Below, in pieces: positions 52,961 to 64,000 of a stretch of DNA of 64,000 nucleotides. The translations under genes were made by a program, and so were the position numbers. The stretch's first letter is position 1, and each line of letters begins with the position of its first letter. The stretch spans positions 1,233,199-1,297,198 of the forward strand of contig NW_002060947.1 of assembly GCF_000150275.1 (NCBI RefSeq). Reading direction: 5' to 3'. The stretch is from Trichoplax adhaerens (Eukaryota; Animalia; Placozoa). Under the pieces are notes generated by a model that was given only the letters and a program-made list of their open reading frames with translations, had not been told where the DNA came from and made no database searches.

Positions 52961-54493
52961 TCACAATCGATCACGTAAGTAGATTTCTACATTATGTAAT
53001 TTTAATGTTAGTGGAGCACTGTATGATATTTCTTTTTTAAAATCAGTTATGAAATCAAATCGATGAACTAGTTTAGCTATTGCAATCTTTAAGAAATTCG
53101 TTGCAAAATTTTGACCTATACAATTTCTTGCACCGGCCGAAAATGGAATATAAGCAAATGGATGGCGATCACCAATATTTTCAGGTAGAAATCGAGACGG
53201 ATCAAATTCGTCTGGGTGATCCCAAACGTTTGGATCACGATGAACTATAAATCCTGAATAAATTATAATGGTTCCTTCAGGAACGATTTTGCCATCTATC
53301 TGTAGATCTTTATTGGCAGTTCGAGCATTAAAAGGTACAGGTGGGAAAAGCCGCAGAGCTTCTTTAATGCATAAACTAGTATATTTTAACTGCGACAAAT
53401 CATCCCATTCAATTTGCGATTTATTTTGTAATATGTTTGAAACTTCGTCCCTGATTTTACTTTGGTGCTCAGGATATTTTGCTAAACAATATAATGTAAC
53501 AGATAATGTACCGGCTGTAGTATCATGTCCAGCAAATAAAAATGTATCAACTTCATTTCGTATGTCAATTAAACTTAACTTTGTTCCATCTTCGTAACGT
53601 GCATTTAATAAAGTATCGAGAAAATCCAGTGATTTTCGCGATTTTACTTCATCATTTCCTACATTTTCAAGTTCTGCTTGGCGCTTTCTTATAATCCCTT
53701 CAGTAAATTCATGCGATACATTCACTTGCTGTTGAAATTGCTTACCCGCTGATGTGAAATTAAAGTAGATCCATGGATTATGATGTAAAAGATTGTATCC
53801 ACGCTTAACGATTAATTCTCCTAACGTTTGAACAGAATTGATATAAGGATGATTTTTACCGCTTGTTTGACAGTTTAAATGCATTGAAAACGCACATGGT
53901 AAGACGACATCGAGAGTGCAAAGACTGGCATCATAATATAAATCTAATGGCTCATGGCGTTCAGCCGATGCGGACCATTTCTCGATTAAAGTATCTGCAG
54001 TTTCGTTATAGATATTGATATAAGTCTTTAAGATATCGAAATGAAATGCTGGAGTGAGTAAACGTCGATTTCTAGCCCAATGATTACCGTTGGAAGTCAA
54101 TAATCCATGTCCAATCCAATCCGATAGAAATCGGTATAAATTGCTAATTTTGGGTGGTTCAGCTAAGATCACTTTTTTAATAACATCAGGATCATAGCAA
54201 ATAAATGCTGGCTGCGTTGAACCGTACCAAAGCATGAAATATTTATCATATATCTTGCTAGTATCAATCAAGAACTTGAAATATTTATCTGCACCGCCTA
54301 GCTGATGAGTGTTGCCAATAAGAAATCGATGCGGTGGTGCATTAAATTTGCTGCCATAATAGACCAGTCTTAATCGCTTATAAACCGATTTACATAATTT
54401 TTGCAGGAATAAACCAACTATGCAGCAAATAATAGAGTTGAAAAGGATGTATTTATAATCTAGCTTGGAAGATTCCAAAAACGGTAACTTCAT
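52961..54493 (-). CDS. Cytochrome P450, CYP4 clan, single exon, 510 aa
   Basis: N-terminal anchor, WIGHGLLTSNGNHWARNRRLLTPAFHFDIL, I-helix EVDTFLFAGHDTT, ExxR KEALRLFPPVP, FDPSRF and heme motif FSAGARNCIG. Confidence 0.96.
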   Translation of the reverse strand: MKLPFLESSKLDYKYILFNSIICCIVGLFLQKLCKSVYKRLRLVYYGSKFNAPPHRFLIGNTHQLGGADKYFKFLIDTSKIYDKYFMLWYGSTQPAFICYDPDVIKKVILAEPPKISNLYRFLSDWIGHGLLTSNGNHWARNRRLLTPAFHFDILKTYINIYNETADTLIEKWSASAERHEPLDLYYDASLCTLDVVLPCAFSMHLNCQTSGKNHPYINSVQTLGELIVKRGYNLLHHNPWIYFNFTSAGKQFQQQVNVSHEFTEGIIRKRQAELENVGNDEVKSRKSLDFLDTLLNARYEDGTKLSLIDIRNEVDTFLFAGHDTTAGTLSVTLYCLAKYPEHQSKIRDEVSNILQNKSQIEWDDLSQLKYTSLCIKEALRLFPPVPFNARTANKDLQIDGKIVPEGTIIIYSGFIVHRDPNVWDHPDEFDPSRFLPENIGDRHPFAYIPFSAGARNCIGQNFATNFLKIAIAKLVHRFDFITDFKKEISYSAPLTLKLHNVEIYLRDRL

Positions 54494-57204
54494 GATGCTT
54501 GCAAAGAATGATTCAGTCTAGCCAACCTAACCGATCGTTTTAATTCTAGTCGATACTGAGGAAAATCGCTTTAAGGTTTAACGAGCGAGATTATCGTGAG
54601 ACCAATGGGCAGACTTGACCGAAGATTCAGAAATTACTGTTATAATATATAAGCATACAAATAGGAGAGTTATAAATAAGCTACAACAAGCGATTTCAAT
54701 ACCTTAATGCTATTTTGAATATTTATCAGTACAATTAAGCCAAAGTATAAATAGATTGCTAAAGAAAAGTTGTTCTTGAAAGATGGCCTAGGTATAGAAA
54801 TAGGCTACAGTAGCCTACCAAATTATTTGCACTAAAATTTCGAGATTATACCAAATATTATCCCAATATAAATAACGCCAATCATGTATTCAAGTGACTA
54901 TTATCATAGAGCTAATATGGGTCATGGAATATTAAAAAAGTAGATACTTTACGGATTCGTTAAGCTGATACATAAATGGAAACTTACCTGAAGATTAATG
55001 AAATACAGTCAAGCCTAGGTAAGAAGGTATTGCCAATCTTACAAGAAACAGCTTATAGAATTGATTTCGTCGCCTATCAAGCAGTTTTATGTCTAAGCGA
55101 GAGCAAACTCCATTTTTACCTTTGGACTTAGATCATAATTTGATCATGTATAGCGAGAAGAAATCGTGATTGGTGGATGCACAATCAATCATGTTGACAA
55201 AACTTGTTGCTTTAACTATCAATAATATTTATCGCTATTATCACTAAAAATGAGAAAAAGGGATTGCCACACTCGTTATTGCTCCGCTATTGGCTTCCAG
55301 TAGCTGACGATGTTAATTTTGATGGTTATGATTGCGATCTTGATCGCATAATCAGGGATTCCTGGAAAGTAGAAGAATAGAGGAACGCGAAGTAGTTATT
55401 CAGTGCCTAATCATCTTGGGCCTTGTGGATTTTCGGGTTATTCTACTATATGCTACCACCCAAAGTGTGTACGATACTATATAAAATTAACCAAGTAGCT
55501 TCTGTTATGGACAACTATCGTCGATAGTCCAGTGGATCAATTTCAGATCTAAGTTCAGTTGAAATGATCAGCGAAATAGTGGGTCTCCCATTTTTAGTAG
55601 AGTATATCATCGTTCCTATCCCTCTCTTACTGTTGAGTAATCCTTGCCACCAATTATAAAATATCAGCAAAATCGGATAATTTGGGCGAAATTTGCATGC
55701 ACATTAGTCAATGGATCAAGTTTAATAATCACAGCTGGCCATCAACTTTTGTAAACAACAAATAGAACCTCTGCAATGCCAATGAAAGACGGTTTTCAAA
55801 GCAGTTCTCATTATTTTTGCAATTCAAAATTTGAAGTATTAAATTTTAGGACAGTATCATCGGGGTAAATCAAATTTTTTGATGTTTTATTGAAGTCGAA
55901 TTAATGTATTAAATGCTTATGACAGTATCCACTTCAAAGTTACTCCTAAAATTCCCGTTAGAAAGTAATTACATCTACAACATGATGAACGTTCGATGCA
56001 AGCACTCTTGCTCCACACCCCAATTCTGAGTAATATGTCCTTCAATTGCTGCTATCCCTTCATCATATTAATATCTAAAATAAAATAGTCGATATATCCT
56101 CCGCAAGATGCCACACATTATCAAACATAATAGAATTGGAGTAAGACTAATTTAGAATGAAATCCTATCAGAAATAATTTACAGTAACTATCTGAGATGC
56201 ATTAATATCATATCTTAATCGTTTGCCTTACTACAGAGGTATGGCAGACAATATTTGATATCAGGATATAGATTTATATTTTACATATCCTATTCCCAAA
56301 ATTAGATTGCTACAGCTGATCCTCCAAAGATATCATGCGTTTCGTATCCACTTTAGCCTCCAATTTTCTTTCTTTACCTTTTAAATTAATTTATTCTCCT
56401 TCACAGTAGAGTTAATTAAATGGAAACGGTAAATCATGATCATCCGTTCCCGAATTAGATGTGTCTTTATTCCTTTAAATCATCAACTCGTCGTATGGAG
56501 CGTATACGAAGCGAATTCTTAGGAGTAATATGCAATAAATTTCTTTGAACGCGAACCTATAAATAAGTAAATATCGAAAATTTCAATGTTAGCCAATAAA
56601 ATGAGAAATTTATAAATAGAATTCGGTAGTTTAGTTCACTTTCAGACTAGTTGGTAGCCACCATAGGCAAGTTTGGATATGCAAATAATTCAAGTAACAT
56701 AAACAATGGAGATTCATAAAAAACAAATACTGTACATTTAAATCACTTATAACCCAATTTTCTACATTATGTCGTTGCAAGATTGATATGAATTAGCCAT
56801 AATCGTTGCAAATTGTATTTTCACTATAAATTTCTATTCACAATCTGATGACGGTAACAGCAAATTGAACATTTTAAAATCATGCACCCGAGTATTCTAA
56901 TTTTGGTTGCTACCATAATAGCTAACGGGCGACAGTAAATTAAAATAATCGAACACAGTTTACTCCAAACTCTATTAGATTTTTCCAGCCGGTCATCCAC
57001 TGATAAAAGTGCTTAAAATGGAAATTAGACTTTGCAGTTTAACAAGTATTCAGAAATAACTGGAGTACATCAAAATAGGATACCCTTTGCCATTACATGA
57101 GCGGCATTGTTATTTCATATGTCGCTTAAGGATAATTTATAAAGAAGGAAATTTCGAACATTTTAGTTATAGGAATGGCTATAACAGTGGTGATTTAAAT
57201 TGGA

Positions 57205-57480
57205 TGCGAATTTGAAGGCGTATCATAAGTAATAAATAGAAAACTATAAGCTCTATCCTCGATAGTAACTGCAAAGAATGTTGACCATTACGACAAAGAT
57301 CAACCTTTTGACATAGCGGTGGAAATAAGTAGAAAATTGTAAGATCTGTACTCGTTAGCAACTGTAAAAATGCTGATCATTACGAAAATCAACATTCTGA
57401 CGTAGCAATAGAAATAAATTGACAACTATAAGACCTACAGTCGATAGAAATTGCAGAGAATGTTGATCATCATTACTAAG
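57205..57480. repeat. Degenerate three-copy tandem repeat, unit about 80-90 bp, downstream of iGluR2
   Basis: AAATA...AG.AAA.T.TAAG..CT....TCG.TAG.AA.TG.A.A.AATG.TGA.CAT recurs at about 57233, 57323 and 57412. Confidence 0.6.
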
Positions 57481-57700
57481 ATTGGATATTATAGGACTCT
57501 TAAACCATAATAGCTTAATTTTATCTTCCAAATAATTTACATCAAGCCCGAGATAGAACATTTTAATACAGTATAATGAAAATCTACATATGTTAGAAAG
57601 CAAGAGTTTCTACAGATTTAGAAAAGGAATCAGACATTTACTGCATTTCAGGATAAACTAGAGTTCTAAAATTTATAAGTAGAATGAAAATTTTATTATA

Positions 57701-60700
57701 TCATGCAGTAGTCAAGTCCCTGTAGAAATCGTTTGTTTCTTTCAATTTAGCAATCAACTTTCCTACCAAGAACTTAGCCTAGAATTGAATACTGTTGGAG
57801 TTATTTCTACAGTATAAGAACCGAAATCGAAAATAACTATTACCTCATTTCTTAGATGATAGTAATGCCACGCCATTTCAGCAAATAGAATAACATATCC
57901 AATAAAAAAGCCAATAAATAGAGTGATGAATATTCCGCCTAAATATCTTATAGTCATTTGACTAACATCAGAATCGATTTTGCTGGAGGATGTACATTGG
58001 CTACGATCACTCCACCACTTCTTTCTCAGATAATCAAGATATCCACGATCTTTTAATTTTAATATGGCTAAACTAAAATTTCGAAGGTAAGCCGAGTGCA
58101 TCGGTAAGCCGATTCCGAATGAGTTTTGATTAAAAGGTTTGCCAATAATCATTAAATCGCAAGGAAGTCGAAAAGTAGTATATTTCGCTTTAGGTCGATC
58201 CAATAGAAAAGCAAATGAACCTTGATGGACATTTTCTATACCTTCGCTAGTATTCTCGCATAACTTGCCACCTTTTACTATCTTATTCCACAGTTCTTGG
58301 TGCACCGAAGACGTAGAGCTTTTTACAAAATCTAAGGTTTGACTACCATTAGTAACGCCGACACGGTATTGGTGACTATTAGCTAATTGATGAATTGAAG
58401 AAATTGTAGGATTCGTAGGTGTCACCGAGAGATGAGCAGTTAGCTGAGCTGTGTACGTTTGAGCTATAATTAATGCAAAAAACCACCATGATAATCCTAA
58501 AATTCGACTAGATACTCCACGAGGTGTAGATTCACAGCCTTGTTGAAGTAATGCTGCGGATATAAACCATATGCTATTGCCCAGTGTTTGATCCATCCCA
58601 GCCTCACGAGCTTGATTATTAATATTTCCCCAGCTATACGGACTTAGATAATTATAAATAGCCAGTAGCAAGCTAACTCCAACAGCAGCGATAATAACCG
58701 ATATCCAAACTTCTAAGGTAAAAGGATACAAGAACTGAAAAAGATCCGGTGATCGCTGACCAGGGTGCCTGAGTAAGATAGCCGTGTGTGAATAAAAATA
58801 AGGCACAGTAAACTCAATCACTCTCTGTCTTTCTCGACTGATAGTAAAATCTCCTAGTGCAGCATCGCCTAACTGAATTTGATCAGATACGAGAAATTAG
58901 ATAAGATTTATTTCAAACAACATTTAATGGAAGCAATTATTAAGTTTCGATTTACAAGAAACTCCCTTTGATTGTCAGCAATTCCTTTGAATATATCATT
59001 TTTCAATATCAAAATAATAAGATGCTATAGAAACAGTATCATCTCAAATTTAGAGATCTCTTAAAGCAAAATTACTCATATGCTGCTATTATACTAGTAA
59101 AAGAAAGTATAGCTGTTAATTGTTAAATTGAACAGCGAATAAAATGAACTTAATAGGATTGGTATCTCATATAAATCTATATTGAACTTGTCTTAAGGAG
59201 ACTAAATAATTTATGTGTTTTGAATATCGTTTGTGTATGGACTAACCTATTAATAGTATATAAAGAGCTCCATAATTATCTAGCTAGAGAGGAAGTAGAT
59301 GAAACTGCAGTGAAAGTACTTTTTTAACAAAGGCTTTTTACCTAGTGTGGAACGTTTCATAAGTATTTAACTGACTAAGGTAGTGTAACTAGGCCTTAGT
59401 GACTAGAAACGCATATTAGCAACCAACCTAGAACTAGCTATACTTTCAATTGAAAGGTATCTGTGTTGCAATTGCGGTTATGATAATTAATATGTAATAT
59501 TATTATAATCTATATCTATAAGATCATCCTGGATTTCATCGGAATAATAATATTGCAGGTAATCGCCGTTATATAATAACTTACATGATCTTGTAATTGC
59601 CCTACCATACCAGTCCATTTACTGTTATTCAACTGACTACCGTATTGTCCATCCGGTGATACATATAACTCATACTTAAAACCAACAATTTCACTGATAG
59701 CATTAATTAAATCGATGCAGAATCCTTGATAAGATGGCTGACCAGTAAAGACATCATATTCTTTCATGAAAACAAATGGTTCAGACTAAATGTAATATTA
59801 AGCATTTCATCGATCAAACATAATTAGCTAGTTTCACAATTTAACCAAACGTAACCAATTTCTGTAGGCACGAAACATATAAATTATTTCTGAAACGTTA
59901 TAAAAACTACTATCTTACAGAAATCTGCCATTTATTTACTAATTTATAGCATCAAATTAAGCGAATATACGGTACTAAAGATAGAACTTGCCAAGACTGT
60001 GACGATTCGAAGCTTGTTTCTTCCGTCATTGGTAGGCCACTGCACAGATTTAATATTCGAGTCAAAAGTTGCGATCTAAGCAGATAGAAAATTCTATTAG
60101 AATCCATATTATAACGAGTGACCAAAATTGATGGAAATAGCCTACTATCTGAGGAGTAGACAATATGTTTTCAAAGGTGGAATTGATAATTTCAAGCATA
60201 TAGCCTTTTCTCTTCCGATGAGAATCAAACTCGACTACTCCCGTTAAGCCACGCGTTTTTACCTGAATGATATAAATTAATTTAGGAGATCAATAATTAT
60301 AATGGTCACAGCGAACAAATGCAATGATATCAGTAACTGTTGGGAAATATATAAAGTATTCATTAGCTATCATTGCTACAGTATAAGATCATCACTACAT
60401 TCAGAATTAGATTAAGATACTGATTTGATGTTGATCTATAATTATAATATCAAATTACATACTCTTCTTTTTAAGTATAATAACATGGTAACTTACCCGC
60501 TGAATTAGCTGAATTACTTCAGAATATGCAAATGGTTTGTCGGTTAAACAGTGTGGTAATAAACTGGGATTGGTTAATAAATTTATAGATTTATACAGCC
60601 TATACATCTTGTCTGTAATGTCCGCCATCACTTCAACCGAATCAAAAACTAATTTTGCACTAACCTATATTCATTAATTGAATAGAAAGGTAGACTAAGT

Positions 60701-62864
60701 TAAGAATTTTTTCATAGCAGGTTTTTGGTTAATCTTATTAACTTAATATACGCAAAAATTACAAATTCCGCGATATCCGTCATTATCGTTGTCATAATTG
60801 AGATTTGATAGCATATTGGTTATAAATGCTTAATATAGAAATACCACTAACATGAAGTTTATCGATGTCTTTATTAAGTGTAGTAGAGCTTCTTGACTTA
60901 TATCTTGATAAAATATCCCGTTCAATTTTTTCAAAATTTCTTTCAAACACTGGACTTAAGCGCAATGTCATAATTTTTGCATCACCAGGTTGAACGCTTA
61001 CACTACTGAATACTGCGTCAATGTCCTAAATCCATACAGGAAAGCATTGCTAATCAATCATGTAGGATAGCATCGTTCTATTTTTCAATATATCAGATCA
61101 CAACTTGATCTCGTTCGATTTTCAATGAATTGCTAATTACTCAATTTAAACTCTAGAAATAACATATTAAGAAAATCTTACGATCGTGGATATAATCCAA
61201 TGATAACCGGATGAATTCAACATATTTAATTGGTATGCCTACAGAATAAGAATTAATTTCATAATATTGTCTTATTACAAGTGTCTTTTTATGCTGTGAT
61301 CAAAGTATCCAAGAGCTTCCATATCCTTTGCGGCGTGCAATATTTTAATATTTCTTAAAATAAATACATTTTTCTTACTGACAATCTAATTACTTACATA
61401 ATCAAGTAGTAAAGCTGTATTATTGTCTCTGCATTTAATCAAGAAATGGGCAATTTTCTCTTCTTTAACACTATCGAAAACTTTCTTTAATGCCAACTTT
61501 TTACCCTGAATGGTGGCATCTCCATCAATATAATGTAGTCGCATTTCCCAAGAGGTAGTATAAACATCATTAACTAAGTTTTCAATCCGATGCATTTCTA
61601 AATATTTTAAAAAATGTAGTTCAAGCAAAGTATTTAATATACATGGATATATTCAAGATATTCAATTTCAACATATTATCGACACGATACAATGGCAAAT
61701 TCATCCTTTTACTCTCATACCATCAAATATTACTGCTATTTTGCGCCATTTAAATCGCTTAGCAATTTCGATTGTCGTAAAATCAATATCTTCTTGTAAT
61801 GGGGCCATGACAAATGTACTATCATCTTTATCCACAGCTCGGTTATCGGTAGAAAAATAGGGTAAATTGAGTGATTTGCATAGATAAATAATCAAGGATG
61901 GATGTAAATGGTATTTTGACAACGGGCCAAAAATTGCAATAGCTTTTCTTTCGACTTGTTGACAAACTATAGATGCAATTATAATAAATTAAGTTCGAAC
62001 TTATTTGATCTATATGATACAATTTCCTCTATGATATGATGACAACATAAAATGATCGACTGATAGACAATTTCCGGTTATACGAAATATGTACAACGAA
62101 AAAAAAGCACTCCGTACTCATGCTTTGCTCTAATAAAATTAGTAGCAAAATACATAGTGTCTATAAAATTATAGAGCTAGATTCAACCTGTTAAGGATTG
62201 ATAATTATCAATCGTGAAATAATACATATAAAATTTTTTTAACCGAGCCTCTCTCAGGTCTAATGGCAACGTCATTTAGAGCGTAACTTACTTGCATTTT
62301 GAATGCTTGTCAATTGGCTCATATCGACATCAGCCATAGTCGTAGTAATATTAATGTTATAAAGAGATTGAAGCTGGGAGCTAAAATGTTCCACAGCATA
62401 TTCAAAAGCTACTTGCTCTTGCGTAATATGAGGTGGGGAAGAGCTTAGTGTTATTCCTCCTGAATTAACAAAGTATCAGCAGTCAAAATTCGATATCGAT
62501 TAAAAGTTACTGAATTACTTAATTTAAATATGGTTCATATTCGTTATAAGGTTTGACTAAAAACATTTCATTTATACATATTGTATCTTCTAATGGTTAT
62601 GAGAAGTTTAAGAATAAGCCAGACAAAACGAAACTTTAAATTAAAATCTCTGATCTATGTTGTTAAATCTATGATATTTAGATATTACAAATAAATATAT
62701 AATTGATCCCGAGATGATTATCAAAGCTGCGTTTAGACTGCTTAAAAAAATATTGACCGACATTATCTGTCATTCTCACCAAATACAATTTCTTGATTTG
62801 ATGCCTTACACGTTGCAATCCATATTACAAAGGCATACAGTCCTATAATTTCCATTTTTTTCAT
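57701..62864 (-). CDS. Ionotropic glutamate receptor family subunit (non-NMDA type), paralog 2; terminal exon uncertain
   Basis: ATG 62864 (MKKMEIIGLYAFVIWIATCKASNQEIVFG) and the same exon layout as paralog 1: TQEQVAFEYAVEHF, AIAIFGP, YHWIIST, RGLTGVVEFD, YQGFCIDLINAI, GDAALGDFTISRERQRVIEFTVPY, LLQQGCESTPR, M3, S2, M4. Tentative last exon 57778-57701 AKFLVGKLIAKLKETNDFYRDLTTA*. Confidence 0.93.
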
Positions 62865-64000
62865 TAAATAAGAATAAAATGATTAAAATTTTGATTTCTT
62901 TGTGAAATTTGGCTTCTTAATGTTGATAATCTTATCTGGCTTCCTGATATGTAATGCATATGGTTCCAAGACTAATTCAAATTCGATACAAATGTTATTC
63001 TACCGTGATGATCTAATAATATCAATAAACGTCTGGCATCATAATGGATGCCATTCATATCTCTCCCAATCAGATAACGAATGGGGTAGAGCAAACTAAT
63101 CATATGTATCTATTTAGTACATCAAATACCTAAGAATAAAGATTACGAATAAGCTAGGATAATTATCCTACACGATCATAGCACATCACCGTAAGCCCGC
63201 TTAATGTGTTGCTACAGGAATAAAGTATTTTTATGTGCTGTACCAATAAAATGATTATTTTCAATGTCATTTGGTATTCCTATAGGCACCATAGACAAAA
63301 TATATGCCAATTTTTAATTGACGATGAATTTGTATTGCTAGAACATGATCTAGAATACCGAAATGATGACATTTAGTGCGATTTAAGATAAAAAAGAATG
63401 CTAGCATTAAACTGGCCCCCACCTACTTATACTTTAGCTTGTTTAAAAAAAGCAAAAGTAGATACTAATTCTTAGAAACTTTGGTAATTTATTAATACTT
63501 GTAAAAAATCATGCGAAAGTCTTTGTTTGATTTGTCAGAATCATTGCGGATCAACTAAAGTACCACCAATAGATCTGAATTACTCCTATTTTACCGAAAT
63601 CCGCTTTACATCTGCCGTATGTTAACAGCCTTGTGTCAATACTTAATATTATGTTGACAATTATCTGATTGTCCACCATCGCATGACCACGTTCTTTAAT
63701 CTAATTTCAAAATCAGAACTCATTTTTCATTCCAAATATTACCATATGAAAATGACAAACAATTAGCAAACAGAACAGCCGAGGCTTACTCAATTGGATT
63801 TTTCTAACATATGAAACAAAAAGAATTCTATTTAATTTCCATTAGCTAAGTTATGCAATGCCTAACAATTTTATGAATAATTAATTATTAGGGCCTAGAT
63901 GAAGATTCATTGTAATGAAAAGAGATTTTAAAATAAGCGATAGAAGATTTATTTTACCAGCTAGGAATAGCCCTAACTTGCAACTAGGTTTGGGAGAGTG

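Noticed and set aside
53268-53597. 109-aa + strand ORF, and similar antisense ORFs at 1759, 2506, 2829, 12274, 14152 and 62902
   Set aside because: Antisense shadows of real exons, or short intronic or intergenic frames with no recognisable motifs.

Overview
AT-rich, intron-dense animal genomic DNA with two N-gaps. Short GT-AG introns, the gene set and an ACAGT pentamer microsatellite suggest a placozoan (Trichoplax-like) genome; this is an inference. Gene order: 3' part of an SDR oxidoreductase (+), WDCP (-), FAM162-like (+), RECQL5 (-), canonical importin-alpha of the alpha1/KPNA1-5-6 type (+), ionotropic glutamate receptor 1 (-), a gap-flanking duplication containing a probable LTR, a decayed importin-alpha paralog (+), an apparently intact chimeric gene fusing a FADD-like death domain to a divergent importin-alpha (+), an intronless CYP4-clan P450 (-) and ionotropic glutamate receptor 2 (-). 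The most striking observation is the death-domain/importin-alpha fusion. Its death domain sits on a phase 1-1 exon that the ORF track misses, and its IBB domain and NLS pockets are remodelled. Both iGluRs also deviate from the near-invariant SYTANLAAF gate motif. All gene models were spliced by eye and homologies come from recalled family motifs; no searches were run.
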